Positions 40,097 to 50,101 of a stretch of 64,000 nucleotides of DNA are shown here, in pieces (the stretch's first letter is position 1; each line of letters starts with the position of its first letter). The position numbers and the translations under genes were made by a program. The notes under the pieces are model-generated. The model had not been told where the DNA came from and did not search any database. It saw only the letters and a program-made list of their open reading frames with translations. This DNA is from Longimicrobiales bacterium (lineage in GTDB: Bacteria; Gemmatimonadota; Gemmatimonadetes; Longimicrobiales; Gaopeijiaceae): NCBI GenBank assembly GCA_965202805.1, contig OZ241869.1:1984001-2048000 (forward strand), in the 5' to 3' direction.

Positions 40097-40972
40097 ATGA
40101 GAAATGCGACCATAGCGGCCCTGCTGGGCGTCATCGTCGTGCTGCTGACGCTGCTGCTCGCGGCGGCCCCCGCCGAAGGGGCCGCCCAGCAAGCTCCCGC
40201 CGACGCGGCCCTGCTCCGGGTGCCCCCGCCGGAGGAGGGCGGCGCGCGCATCCCCCGTATACGCGCGCGCGTGCGCCACACCACGTTAATCGTGCTCCCC
40301 GCCGGGGAGCGGATCCTGGACTTCGTGGCCGGCGACTCCGAGTACTGGCACCTGACCGGCGCGGCGAACGTCGCGTACCTGAAGCCGCTGGCCGAAGACG
40401 CGGCGACCAACATCGCGCTCGTCTGCGAATCCGGCCGCATCTACTCGTTCCTCGTCTCCGAGCACGGCGAGAAGCCGCCCCATCTCGTCGTCCGGGTCGA
40501 GCCGGGCGCGGAGCCGGCGGGGATGGCCGGCGCTCCCGGGTTCGTCGCCCGGAGCGAGGTCGCCGTCTACCGCGAGATGGCGGCCGAGGCCGTCGAGGCC
40601 GCGCGCAGGGCGCGCGAGGACGCGGAGGCCGGCGTTCTCGACGCGCGCGAGCGGGCCGCGGCGGAGGTCGAGGCGTTCCGCGCCTCCTACCCCGAGCGGC
40701 TCCGGTTCGAGTACCGGCTGGACCGGGACGCGCCCAAGCGGCCGTTCCTCGTCGAGGCGATGTGGCACGACGGTGAGTTCACCTATCTGCGTTCGCGCGC
40801 GCAGGAGTCCCCGGCGCTCTACGAGGTCCAGGACGGCGAGCCGAGTCTGGTCGCGTTCGACCTCACCGAGGACGGGCTCTACGTCGCCCGCCGCGTCCTG
40901 GGCGACGGCTGGCTCCAGATCGGCGACAGGCGGCTGCGCTGGCGGTTCGAGCCGGCGGAGAGCGGCCGATGA
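40097..40972 (+). CDS. virB9: VirB9/TrbG
   Basis: Signal peptide; TTLIVLPAGERI...GDSEYW...LKP...TN; MWHDGEFTYL...PALY. Confidence 0.82.
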   Translation: MRNATIAALLGVIVVLLTLLLAAAPAEGAAQQAPADAALLRVPPPEEGGARIPRIRARVRHTTLIVLPAGERILDFVAGDSEYWHLTGAANVAYLKPLAEDAATNIALVCESGRIYSFLVSEHGEKPPHLVVRVEPGAEPAGMAGAPGFVARSEVAVYREMAAEAVEAARRAREDAEAGVLDARERAAAEVEAFRASYPERLRFEYRLDRDAPKRPFLVEAMWHDGEFTYLRSRAQESPALYEVQDGEPSLVAFDLTEDGLYVARRVLGDGWLQIGDRRLRWRFEPAESGR

Positions 40973-42210
40973 GCCGCTGGAGGCAGTGGGTGAAGGAGCC
41001 GAAGGGCGCGCTGCCGGGCGGCATCGTCACGAAGGCGGGGATCGTGCTGATCGCCGTGCTCGTCGCCGGGCTGCTGCTCTCGTCCTCGCTCTCCGGTCCC
41101 GGCGAGGAGGCGGCCGCGCCCGGAACCCAGCCCGGGGCGCGGGCGGTGGACGGCGGCATGGGCCGGTCGTTCGAAGGACGCCTCCGCGACGAAGCGGAGC
41201 GCCAGACGCAACGCGCCGCCGCCGAGTCCGGCGATGGTCCGGCGGACCGGGAAGCCGGAGCCGACGCGGGCTCGGGGTCCGCCGGGTCCGATGCCGGCGG
41301 GGACGACCCAGCCGGCGGCTTGGGCCGCGCCGAGTTCGAATTGCGCGAAGCGCTTCGGCTCGAAGAGGTCGAGCGCCGGACGCGCTCGCTCCGCTCGCTC
41401 CCCGTCGCGCAGTCGCACCGGGATCCCGACGGGTCTCCGGATGCGGCGGCGTCTCCCCGGGCGCCCGAGTCTCCCGACGCGGCACTCGATGGCGCGCTCG
41501 CGTCGCTCGGGCAATCCCTCTCCGCCCTTGAGGCCGAAATGGCGGCCGGGCTGGCCGCCGGAGAGTTCGCACCCGGCGCCGGCGGCCCGGTGCCGCAGAC
41601 AGGTCGTCCCGCGTCCGGCACATCCGAGCCCGCCCGTTTGGTCCGGCCCCATGATCCGCCGGGCTGGGAGCGGATCCGCGAGGGCACGTTCCTGGAGGCG
41701 GTGCTGGTCACCCAGTTGTCGGGCGAGTTCCCCGGCCCGGTGCTCGCGATGGTGTCGGTGCCGCTGTATTCGGCCGACCGCCAGCGCGTGCTCATTCCCC
41801 GCGGCGCGCGCGTCGTGGGCACGGCGAGCGCGGTCCAGAACCGCGACCAGAGCCGTCTCGCCGTCGCGTTCCACCGGCTGTTGCTGCCCGATGGCAGCTG
41901 GGTCGATCTCCGGTTCGCCGGGCTGAACCAAGCGGGCGAGAGCGCGCTCCTGGACGAAGTGAACCGCCGCTACCTCTCGACATTCGCCGCGGCGGGTGCG
42001 GTCGGCGCGCTGAGCGGCCTCACGCTCGCCGGTGCGTCGCCCTACGGACTCCGCGCGGGCGTCGGCCAGGGGATCGGCGGCAGCGCCAACTCGATGCTGG
42101 ATCGGTACCTGAACCGGCTCCCCGAGATCACGATCCGCGCGGGCCACCGGCTCCGCGTCTGGCTCACTGCGGATGTCCTCGTTCCCACTCCCACCCCCGC
42201 ACACCGCTGA
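40969..42210 (+). CDS. virB10: VirB10/TrbI
   Basis: N-terminal TM; GTFLEAVLVT...PGPV...LIPRGARVVG...FHRLLLPDG; PEITIRAG. Confidence 0.88.
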   Translation: MSRWRQWVKEPKGALPGGIVTKAGIVLIAVLVAGLLLSSSLSGPGEEAAAPGTQPGARAVDGGMGRSFEGRLRDEAERQTQRAAAESGDGPADREAGADAGSGSAGSDAGGDDPAGGLGRAEFELREALRLEEVERRTRSLRSLPVAQSHRDPDGSPDAAASPRAPESPDAALDGALASLGQSLSALEAEMAAGLAAGEFAPGAGGPVPQTGRPASGTSEPARLVRPHDPPGWERIREGTFLEAVLVTQLSGEFPGPVLAMVSVPLYSADRQRVLIPRGARVVGTASAVQNRDQSRLAVAFHRLLLPDGSWVDLRFAGLNQAGESALLDEVNRRYLSTFAAAGAVGALSGLTLAGASPYGLRAGVGQGIGGSANSMLDRYLNRLPEITIRAGHRLRVWLTADVLVPTPTPAHR

Positions 42211-42227
42211 CAGGAAAGGACTCTCCC

Positions 42228-42850
42228 ATGCTTCACCGCATTCTCATCCCCGCCCTTCTCGTCCCGCTGCTGGCGCTCGCGGACCCCGCGCCCGCGAGCG
42301 CGCAGTTCGACTTCGGCAGCTGGTTCCAGCGGGCCACCATGATCGCGAACCAGCTCACGCAGATCTCGCACCAGGTCACCCAGATCCGGTCAATGGCCAG
42401 CCAGCTTTCGGAACTCGAAGACCAGCTCGACCACATGGAGCGCGCCGCCAAGGGCGAGATCGACGCGCTGCTCCGGCCGTTCTCCGACCTCGCCGCCGGA
42501 CCCGTCGGGCTTGTGAGGAACGGCCTCGGGTGGCGCAGGGACTTCACCGGCCCGGCCCGGGACATGGTCGGCGCGGTGCGCGACTTCGGCCGCGGGCGCT
42601 CCTTCACCGGTCTGTGGCGCACCGCCCACGGGACCGCCGACCGGGTGAGCGAGGCCGACCTCCTGGCTCTCCACCGGAACCTTCCGCCCCGGGCCGCCAC
42701 GCAGGCGCTCGAGGACTACCGTCGAGCGCGGGAGACGGCCGACCGGCAGCGAGCGCTCGACTACGCGGCGCTCGACGCGGCGGCCGAACTCGCCTCGACC
42801 ATCGAGAGCGCGCGGGGCTCGTTCTCGGGCCTGACCGCGAACGGCAACCT
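42228..42850 (+). pseudogene. VirB5/TrbJ-like secreted protein, 5' part (interrupted by nested element)
   Basis: Signal peptide ending ASAQ, Gln-rich IANQLTQISHQVTQI; T4SS-like sequence breaks after NGNLS. Confidence 0.7.
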
Positions 42851-43112
42851 GTCGAGAGAGCACGTAAGTCGTTGTGTCCATTGGCTCATTGGCTCGCGGG
42901 CCTTCGAGATGCCCCCAGAGTTGCCCCAAACGTGCAGTTGCCCCCAGCACCCGTCAGCGACGCCTCGCTGCCCTTCCGGTGCTGGGCGCGTGCGCGGAGC
43001 CCGTCGCGGAGGCTGGCGACAACCAGCCGGTTCTCGTGCTCCACACCAAGCACTACGGCACCAACGCCCGGATGATTCCGGGATTCACCATTGAGAGAAG
43101 GAGGACGGAGCG

Positions 43113-43340
43113 ATGACGAGTGTGATCGAAAAGAAAACGCGAGCGCCGGGACGCTTTCTGCGGCTGCCGGAGGTAATGGCCCGCACCGGCCTGTCGCGGA
43201 GCACGATCTATGTGCGGCTGGACGAGGGGCGCTTCCCCCGACCAGTCTCGCTGGGCGGTCGCGCGGTCGGCTGGATCGAGGCCGAGGTGGACGAGTGGAT
43301 CCGCGAGCGGATCAAGGAGAGCCGGGGCGGGGATGCCTAG
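43113..43340 (+). CDS. alpA: AlpA-family regulator/excisionase
   Basis: FLRLPEVMARTGLSRSTIY...FPRPVSLGGRAVGWIEAEVDEWI. Confidence 0.9.
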   Translation: MTSVIEKKTRAPGRFLRLPEVMARTGLSRSTIYVRLDEGRFPRPVSLGGRAVGWIEAEVDEWIRERIKESRGGDA

Positions 43341-43408
43341 CAGGGAGCCACCACAGCCACTTGAGGTGTGGCTTGAGGCCCGAGTCGACTCACGGGCGCA
43401 ACGTCGGC

Positions 43409-43437
43409 TTGACAGGCAGACAACGGTTCGCTACGCT
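43409..43437 (+). promoter_or_regulatory. sigma70-type promoter
   Basis: TTGACA-17 bp-TACGCT. Confidence 0.7.
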
Positions 43438-43442
43438 CTAGT

Positions 43443-43518
43443 CGGGACGCACCTACGGTGGACCTCCATCGTACTGCCCCCTTTCCGAGGCCCGCGCTCC
43501 GGCGCGGGCCTTCGTGTT
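43443..43518 (+). ncRNA. Candidate small structured RNA ending in a terminator-like hairpin ahead of DUF3800
   Basis: CACC-tac-GGTG stem; AGGCCCGCGC-tccg-GCGCGGGCCT (43488-43511) followed by TCGTGTT. Confidence 0.5.
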
Positions 43519-43538
43519 CCCTGCTCCAGACGATTCCT

Positions 43539-44300
43539 GTGACCTATTTTGCCTACCTTGACGAATTCGGTCACATCGGCCCCTACGTCAGTCGCGAAGA
43601 CCCACAACACAACGATAGCCCCGTCTTCGGACTTGCTGGGTTCGTGATACCCATCACGCAGATACGCGGATTTGCGATGTGGGTTTTCCGTCTCAAGAAG
43701 CAGGTGTTCTCGCACGAACTGGCGAGGTCCGACAAGATTCCCGCGCAGTGGGAGAAGAAGGGATCTAGCCTCTACACCGTCAAGAACGTGACCCATTACC
43801 GCCAGACCAGACTGCTCACCAACAGGTTACTCGAAAAGGTCACCACCCTCGGCGGATTCGTTTTCTACGTTGGAACCAAGAAGACCGCAGGCGTAGACAG
43901 CCACAACTCCAACAGCCTATACACGGCCACGTTTCTGGAAGCGATCAAGCGGATCGACCAATTCTGCACGGAGGACTGCGGTCCGGGAACTAGGTTCATG
44001 GTGGTCCTCGACGAACACAGCCGCCGCTCAGCCATCGTCACCGCAGCGGGGCAGAGCATGTTTGGGGGCACCGAGCCACGACGCCGGCTCATTGAGCCCC
44101 CGTTCCAGGTAGAAAGCGATCGCTATCAAACAGTTCAGGCTGCCGACTGGATCGCAGGGCTGGTGGGACGAATCGGGGCGTACAGGGCGGATCCGGTAGC
44201 GTATCCAGAGAACGAGGTGTTCCTCAAGTACTTCGGCCAACGCCTCCAAGATCACTCCCGCCGTTCTGGGATACGAGGAGCGAGTCCGCTCGCCCAATGA
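43539..44300 (+). CDS. DUF3800 protein
   Basis: YLDEFG N-terminal motif, EKKG, QAADWIAG C-terminal QxxD motif. Confidence 0.85.
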   Translation: MTYFAYLDEFGHIGPYVSREDPQHNDSPVFGLAGFVIPITQIRGFAMWVFRLKKQVFSHELARSDKIPAQWEKKGSSLYTVKNVTHYRQTRLLTNRLLEKVTTLGGFVFYVGTKKTAGVDSHNSNSLYTATFLEAIKRIDQFCTEDCGPGTRFMVVLDEHSRRSAIVTAAGQSMFGGTEPRRRLIEPPFQVESDRYQTVQAADWIAGLVGRIGAYRADPVAYPENEVFLKYFGQRLQDHSRRSGIRGASPLAQ

Positions 44301-44739
44301 TCGATTCGTACGCACCCTTCTCCATAGACTCGTTTCTCCCTTGAGCCCGCTCGTGGTTCCCCCCAGGTAGAATCGGTTACGGCCATTCGCGGAATCGGCA
44401 GGTTACCGAGCCGCGGTGCAGGTTGCGGGTACTCACGAAGATGCGTCACTGGGGAGGGTGGCGCTTGAACGCCCGGCGGCGCGACTGTGCCTCCGTCCGC
44501 CGCCATCATGGTTGTTCCCCGTTCGAGTCCTTGAGGAAGGCGATGGAGGTGCCGCTGGCGGAGGGCGATACGGCTCCGGGACGGCGCTGGACCCCTTTGG
44601 AAAGCGCCTCGATTCGGGCGGTTGACACGGTCGGAATCAGGCTTCTCCGTGTAAGGTATGGAGATGCCGCCGACCCGAGATTCCCGCCGCCGGAAGCCGT
44701 CTCGCGCGCTTGCCGGGGGGCTGTCTGACACCCTTAAGG

Positions 44740-44806
44740 TGGGAGAGCCAGCCTACCCCCGGTATAACCGCGGGGCTGGCGAGGGACGTTGCCCCTTCGA
44801 TCCCCA
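44740..44806 (-). other. Candidate ColE1-type oriT
   Basis: Minus strand GGGATCGAAGGGGCAACGTCCCTCG...GGGGTAGGCTGG|CT resembles the ColE1 stem plus CTGG|CT nick site; directly upstream of mobC. Confidence 0.5.
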
Positions 44807-44877
44807 ACAGACCCGCGCTCCGGTGGATTGCGCGGGCGGGGGCGTGGCCCCCGTTCCCCCCGTGACGGCGCTTCCCG

Positions 44878-45216
44878 ATGGCTAGACGCCGCCCGGTCAT
44901 CGTCGCCGTCCGCCTCACGCCGGACGAGTCCGCCGACTGGCGGACCAAGGCGGCGGCCGCGGGCGTGCCGCTCTCGGCGCTGATCCGCCGTGCGATGGCT
45001 CGCACGCGGACGTGGACGGCCCCTGCGGCCGAGGTCGAGCGCGAGCGCAACCGGCAGGTCTCCCGCATTGGGAACAACCTCAACCAGATCGCCCGGTGGG
45101 CGAATACCCACAAGGGCGCGGCCGAGGCCGTCGAGATCGTCGCCCGCCTGGTCGCCATCGAGCGGGCGCTGCTCGCCGTGGCCCGCATCGACGAGGACGG
45201 CGGCGATGCACATTAA
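44878..45216 (+). CDS. mobC: Relaxosome accessory protein MobC/MbeC
   Basis: RHH VAVRLTPDE...LSALIR; RIGNNLNQIARWAN. Confidence 0.9.
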   Translation: MARRRPVIVAVRLTPDESADWRTKAAAAGVPLSALIRRAMARTRTWTAPAAEVERERNRQVSRIGNNLNQIARWANTHKGAAEAVEIVARLVAIERALLAVARIDEDGGDAH

Positions 45217-46771
45217 GTTCCTCGCCCGCGGGACCGGATCGGCGGGGGCGGCGGCTGACTACCTCCTCGGGGAGCGCGACGCGACCGGCCAGCCACGCGA
45301 GGGCGTCGAGGTGTTGCGGGGGAACCCGGACATGGTGGCCGCGATGGCCGACTCGCTCGACTTCGAGCACAGGTACACGTCCGGCGTGATCGCATGGGCA
45401 CCGGAGGACCAACCCACCGACGAGCAGATCGAGGCGGTCCTGGACGCCTTCGAGGAGACGGCTTGGGCGGGACTGGAGCCCGACCGATACGCTTGGGCCG
45501 CCGTGCTACACCGCGAGCGCGGCGGCGGTGCTCACGTCCACGTCCTCGCCGCGCGGTGCGACTTGGAGACCGGGCGGAGCCTCAACATCGCGCCCCCCGG
45601 CTGGCAGAGGACGTTCGACCCGCTCCGCGACGCCTTCAACCACGAACACGGCTGGAGTCGGCCCGACGACCCGCAGCGGGCCAGGGTGCAGCACCCCGGA
45701 CACCGGGCCTACGTCGAGGCGGCGCGGCTCAGGACCGGCCTCGGCCTCGAACCCGAGCCACGCGACCTGATCCGGGACTACCTGCTCCAGCGAGTCGAGC
45801 ATGGCACGGTGCGGAACCGGGCCGATGTTGTCGCCGCCCTGCGGGAGGCGGGGCTGGAGGTGCCGCGCCAAGGCAAGGACTATCTCACGGCGCTGGACCC
45901 CGAGACCGGAGACCGCTGGCGGCTGAAAGGAGAACTGTATGGAGAGAACTTCGAGCGCGAACGATTTGACCGCGCGGCTGAGGAGACGGCTGGAGAACGA
46001 GCGCGGGGAAATCGAGGAGTTGACCGCGAGCGAGCTGAAGCGGCTCGGCGAGAACTCGCGGCGCGTCGCGAGGAACGCGCTGCGTACCATCGAGCGCGAT
46101 ACGGAGGAGGCGACCGGGCGGATGCGCGAGTTGCTGGCAAAGGCTTGGCAACGGCCCCTGATCGTCGGCCTGAGCCTTTGGATCGGTTTCTTCGGCGGAA
46201 GCTGGGCGACGATGCGCTGGTTGGCGGGGAGTATCCAAGCCCGGATCGAGACCCGCGCCGAACTGGGCCGGGACATCGAGGACGCTCGGCGGACGCTGGC
46301 CCAACTGGAGGTGGACACTTGGGGGCTCGTGTTCCACGAGATCAAGGGCGAGCGGTTCGTGGTGGTGCCGGACGGGGCGTTGGACGATCCGCCTTGGAAG
46401 GTGGACGATCGTCCGGCGTTGAAGCTGTCGAACGAGTGAAGGAGGTCTATGACCGCGTTAGAGGAGCATTTGACGAGGGCCTTGCGGAGGTTGTCCGCGC
46501 AGTACGAGACGGAACAGCGGCGGCACTCCGGGCAGGTCGAAGCCTTGCGGCGGCGCGTCGAGCGGCAAAGCGGGGAGAGCGAAGCCTTGCGGCAGCGCGT
46601 CGAGCGGCTGAGTGCGGAGAACGAAGTCTTGCAGCGGCGAATCGAGCGGCTCGACGTGCTGGCGACACGCTTGGCCGAGTATTCCGGGACATCCGCCGCC
46701 GCGAGACCGCGCGGCCTCCGCATCTGATGCGCCGTCCGGGACCGGATCGCGATCAGGGTCCGAGCCGTTGA
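45206..46771 (+). CDS. mobA: ColE1-superfamily relaxase MobA/MbeA
   Basis: MHIKF...G...AADYLLG, YTSGVI, LHRE...HVHVL, DLETGRSLN, WSRPDDP. Confidence 0.9.
   Translation: MHIKFLARGTGSAGAAADYLLGERDATGQPREGVEVLRGNPDMVAAMADSLDFEHRYTSGVIAWAPEDQPTDEQIEAVLDAFEETAWAGLEPDRYAWAAVLHRERGGGAHVHVLAARCDLETGRSLNIAPPGWQRTFDPLRDAFNHEHGWSRPDDPQRARVQHPGHRAYVEAARLRTGLGLEPEPRDLIRDYLLQRVEHGTVRNRADVVAALREAGLEVPRQGKDYLTALDPETGDRWRLKGELYGENFERERFDRAAEETAGERARGNRGVDRERAEAARRELAARREERAAYHRARYGGGDRADARVAGKGLATAPDRRPEPLDRFLRRKLGDDALVGGEYPSPDRDPRRTGPGHRGRSADAGPTGGGHLGARVPRDQGRAVRGGAGRGVGRSALEGGRSSGVEAVERVKEVYDRVRGAFDEGLAEVVRAVRDGTAAALRAGRSLAAARRAAKRGERSLAAARRAAECGERSLAAANRAARRAGDTLGRVFRDIRRRETARPPHLMRRPGPDRDQGPSR
45939..46439 (+). 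CDS. MbeB-like protein nested in mobA (alternative frame)
   Basis: AAAGGAG RBS; coiled coil plus TM; same overlapping layout as ColE1 mbeA/B/D. Confidence 0.65.
   Translation: MERTSSANDLTARLRRRLENERGEIEELTASELKRLGENSRRVARNALRTIERDTEEATGRMRELLAKAWQRPLIVGLSLWIGFFGGSWATMRWLAGSIQARIETRAELGRDIEDARRTLAQLEVDTWGLVFHEIKGERFVVVPDGALDDPPWKVDDRPALKLSNE
46449..46727 (+). CDS. MbeD/MobD-like protein nested in mobA
   Basis: AAGGAGG RBS; MTALEEHL..AL..L...Y coiled coil. Confidence 0.7.
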   Translation: MTALEEHLTRALRRLSAQYETEQRRHSGQVEALRRRVERQSGESEALRQRVERLSAENEVLQRRIERLDVLATRLAEYSGTSAAARPRGLRI

Positions 46772-46921
46772 TGACTGACGCTCGAGGAATCCCGGCGGCA
46801 CCCCCGGTCTTGGTCCAGACCGCGCACACAACGACACCGTCTCGATCAACTCGGAACGCTCCTGCGAGGCGTGACGTCGCAGAATCGCGGTCGCGCTACC
46901 TAGACGCGCCGCATTCAGCGA

Positions 46922-48025
46922 TCAGACTGCGGCAACGGGCAACCGGGAGGTCTCGTTGCTCTTCCCTACCATCTGTCGAAAGTAGTCCCAATAGGGCTGT
47001 TGCCTTACCAGCGTCTTGGCCGCGTCGTGGTCCAAGCCACCCGTTCTCCATGGAACCTCCACCGTCATTCCGGACAGCTTCTGCTGGTAACACTGGCGAC
47101 CATAACCGTACCTCCACTTCTGCTGGTTGATCATCGCAGCGATCAGAACCACGGTTTCCAACGGCATTTCCGCGCGAGGCCGGAGGACGATGACGTTATC
47201 TGTCACGATGAATTCACGAGACTGCACGAAGGCGTCTCCGCCAACCGTGCTTACGGTTATCGTTCCCGGCGGATACACGTTGCTCCCCTCGGGTTGCTCA
47301 TAGTATCCAGCCACCCCGTTGTCGTTCGTGGTTCTGGACACGGTCGGCCATGGACCACGCCCGAGCGCGCCGAGAGAATGGAAGTCGCCCCGGACTAAGT
47401 GGAAGATCTCGTCCACCCGCTTCGTGACCCAATCGGTCCTCTTCGGCGCGCCTACCCGTCGGTGAGGCAGTCGCAGGTCGAGTTCAGCAACGGAACTGGC
47501 TTCCCGTGTACCCTCATCATTGTCGGTTCTCGTCGGCCCCCTGGCCGCGGATCGTCCGTGAGGCGGTCGCAGGTCGAGCTCAGCAACGGAGATGGCTTCC
47601 CGAATACGTTCGTTGTCGATTCGCACCGCCGCGCCGTTGGTATGGACCGGTACGTCGATGAGCAGATCGCCCAGCTTTCCCTTGAAGCACTTCCGTCCAT
47701 AGGAGTAGCGCCAGCGTAACGCGTTGATGAGCGCTACTACGTAAACCAACGACAGTTCTTCGGCTTCCTGCCGTGGTAGGAGAATGCCGATATCGTCCTT
47801 AGCCCCGAACTCATACGGCCGGTACTTAGCCGTCAGCGTAGCGCCGTTGTAGGCTACCGTGATGACGTTGGAATAGCGCCTTTCCTGAGGTATGTCGAAG
47901 CGGTCGATAAATCCGTGATTGATATCGCCACATGACACGAGCGGCACGGAGCCCGGAGCGAGTTCATGGAGGGCGTGGTAGTCGCCGGACTTGATGTCGA
48001 ACAGCTTACGGAGTTGGATGGGCAT
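46922..48025 (-). CDS. Restriction-modification specificity subunit (BcgI beta-like, two TRDs)
   Basis: Two repeats LF.I..GD.H.L...ITV...WRY.YGR.C; overlaps the upstream MTase gene. Confidence 0.8.
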   Translation of the reverse strand: MPIQLRKLFDIKSGDYHALHELAPGSVPLVSCGDINHGFIDRFDIPQERRYSNVITVAYNGATLTAKYRPYEFGAKDDIGILLPRQEAEELSLVYVVALINALRWRYSYGRKCFKGKLGDLLIDVPVHTNGAAVRIDNERIREAISVAELDLRPPHGRSAARGPTRTDNDEGTREASSVAELDLRLPHRRVGAPKRTDWVTKRVDEIFHLVRGDFHSLGALGRGPWPTVSRTTNDNGVAGYYEQPEGSNVYPPGTITVSTVGGDAFVQSREFIVTDNVIVLRPRAEMPLETVVLIAAMINQQKWRYGYGRQCYQQKLSGMTVEVPWRTGGLDHDAAKTLVRQQPYWDYFRQMVGKSNETSRLPVAAV

Positions 48026-49919
48026 CGCCCTCGCCTCCGTCCCAGACCGCGTCAACGCCGTTGCGAACGAGGAACGCCGCGCACTCGCGAAGCACCCGCT
48101 CCACGCCTCTCCCGATGTCGCCCTCCGACAGCGGCTCCTGTTCCAGGTATGCTTCGGGTATCAGTTCCAGCTGCTTGTCCTCGAAATCGATGGGTGCCGC
48201 GATCATGTACCGTGGCCGGCTCAGGACATCCAGCGACGGGTCGTTGATGAACGCCCGCAGCGTTGGGATCGCCTCTTCAAGCTGATCGCCCGTACGGTGG
48301 CTCGTAAGCCGCTTCCCCTTCGATTTCAGGTGTCCGTCCGTTTCGGCCCGGACCCACAGGGTCTTCTGTTCCTTGAGATGTGGCGTGCCTTTCCGAATCA
48401 CGACGCCAACGGGAGGCGCAGCCACGGGATAGAAGACATCGATGGGAAGCGTGATCACCGCCAAGAGTGTGTTCCGCTTCAGCAACTCAGAACGCCAAGT
48501 CTTGGCCGCACCGCCCTTTGCCATCACCGAGTAGGGGAGAATACTGAAGAGCAAGCCATGCTCCTCCAGTTGGCGGAGGGCGTAGCTGACGAACTCGTAA
48601 TCCTTGTGTTTGCTCTTATCGCGCGTAAACGGGGGATTCATGAGCACGCGCGTGACCGGGGAGTTGGTCGTCGGCGCATCCACGAACCGAGCCGTTGGCC
48701 CATCCGGTCCCCGGGCGGTCGCCAGATGTTTCTGCATACAGTCGGCTGGCTCGATGTTGTTCTTTCCGTCTCCCCGGAAGATCATGTTCACCACGGCCAA
48801 AGCGCAGATGCCGTCATCGAGTTCCAAGCCGAAAACCGACCTCCTCTTGAAGGCCTCAAGCTGGGAGGGCGTGCAGGTCTCCTTGGCCTGCTCAAACGCC
48901 GCGACCAGGAATCCGCCAGTCCCGCAGGTCGGGTCGTAGACGATATCACGAGCCGTGATGTTCATGATTCGGGCCGCGAACTTCGTGACGTGGCGAGGCG
49001 TCAGCACGATGCCCAGTTTCTGCGCCCATCTCGCATATTTCAGGAACACTTCGTAGAACGTTCCCAACCAGTCGGCACCCGAGCGCATAGCCGAATGGAT
49101 GTTCAGCCCCCGCAACTCCTGCAACGCCTCTACCAGCGCGCGGCGGTAGATGGCGTGATTGTTCGTGGCGGCCGGTATGGGAATCCGGATGTGGTCCTCG
49201 AATCCCTCCTTGCCCTGCTGCTGAAGGACACGGCGGACCCTAGTGTTGATGTCTCCAATGAGTACGGACGTATCCTTCTCTTCGATGTTCGGTGCCCCGC
49301 TTGGATTCAGCATGGAGAGCAGCAACGCCGACACGACCTTGGGCCGATCGTGCGCCTGGACGCTCCCCGCGTCTAGCGTGGCGTTGATGCGCTCAGCCGT
49401 CAGCACGAATCGCCGATCGTCGATTGGCGGGTCAGCGATGTCGGGGCCTGCTGCATCGAACAGAGTCTGGCAGTCAGACGGCGACAGGAATCCCGTCGCC
49501 GGGATCCCATTGATCGTAACCGCCGTCCACGTACCGTCGATGTTGACTTCCGTAGATACCAAGAAGCCGTCATCGTCATTGCCCGCCACACCCGACACCA
49601 AAGGAACCTCGTAGTCGTCGCCGACAATCAGCATTTCGGCGTACTCCCGAGCGTCCTTCATCGCTTCCGAAAGCTGCCCGTGCGTACTCTTGGATTCGAT
49701 CACCCACAGGCGGCGATCCGTAACCGTTACGATGTTCTCGGGCCTGTTCAGTCCCAGCCGCGCCTTCATGCGGGGGTTGGACAGACACTGATTCTGGGTG
49801 TAGACCTGACCGTCGGGGTTCCGTTCGGGGTTCTTGGTGGACCAGCCGATTTCACCGAGCTTCCGCTTGATGAAGATGTACGCATCCACCTCCGTTGGTC
49901 TGCCCCGACGCGGGCTCAC
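48006..49919 (-). CDS. Fused endonuclease-N6-adenine methyltransferase (type IIB/BcgI alpha-like)
   Basis: PENIV...VIESK nuclease motif; LTPRHV, DPTCGTGGFL, MNPPF; GGAGG RBS before GTG. Confidence 0.82.
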   Translation of the reverse strand: MSPRRGRPTEVDAYIFIKRKLGEIGWSTKNPERNPDGQVYTQNQCLSNPRMKARLGLNRPENIVTVTDRRLWVIESKSTHGQLSEAMKDAREYAEMLIVGDDYEVPLVSGVAGNDDDGFLVSTEVNIDGTWTAVTINGIPATGFLSPSDCQTLFDAAGPDIADPPIDDRRFVLTAERINATLDAGSVQAHDRPKVVSALLLSMLNPSGAPNIEEKDTSVLIGDINTRVRRVLQQQGKEGFEDHIRIPIPAATNNHAIYRRALVEALQELRGLNIHSAMRSGADWLGTFYEVFLKYARWAQKLGIVLTPRHVTKFAARIMNITARDIVYDPTCGTGGFLVAAFEQAKETCTPSQLEAFKRRSVFGLELDDGICALAVVNMIFRGDGKNNIEPADCMQKHLATARGPDGPTARFVDAPTTNSPVTRVLMNPPFTRDKSKHKDYEFVSYALRQLEEHGLLFSILPYSVMAKGGAAKTWRSELLKRNTLLAVITLPIDVFYPVAAPPVGVVIRKGTPHLKEQKTLWVRAETDGHLKSKGKRLTSHRTGDQLEEAIPTLRAFINDPSLDVLSRPRYMIAAPIDFEDKQLELIPEAYLEQEPLSEGDIGRGVERVLRECAAFLVRNGVDAVWDGGEGDAHPTP

Positions 49920-50101
49920 GCGACCTCCTCTCGGCACCGGGGCATCTGATCGAAGGGGTGTTCCCGGATCTCTTTCTGCCGCCGTGGCAGGGGGTTGGTC
50001 ATCGCGAGAGTAGTCCTCTTGGAGGGATGAGAGGAACGGCCGGTGCGCCTGAAAGGTAACGGTCTTGTCAACCTCGGGGACCACTGCCGCAGGAAACGGC
50101 T

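Noticed and set aside
42228..43094. Intact 288-aa protein as given by the ORF track
   Set aside because: Residues after NGNLS are read-through into the nested element's end; the natural C-terminus appears at 51493-51777
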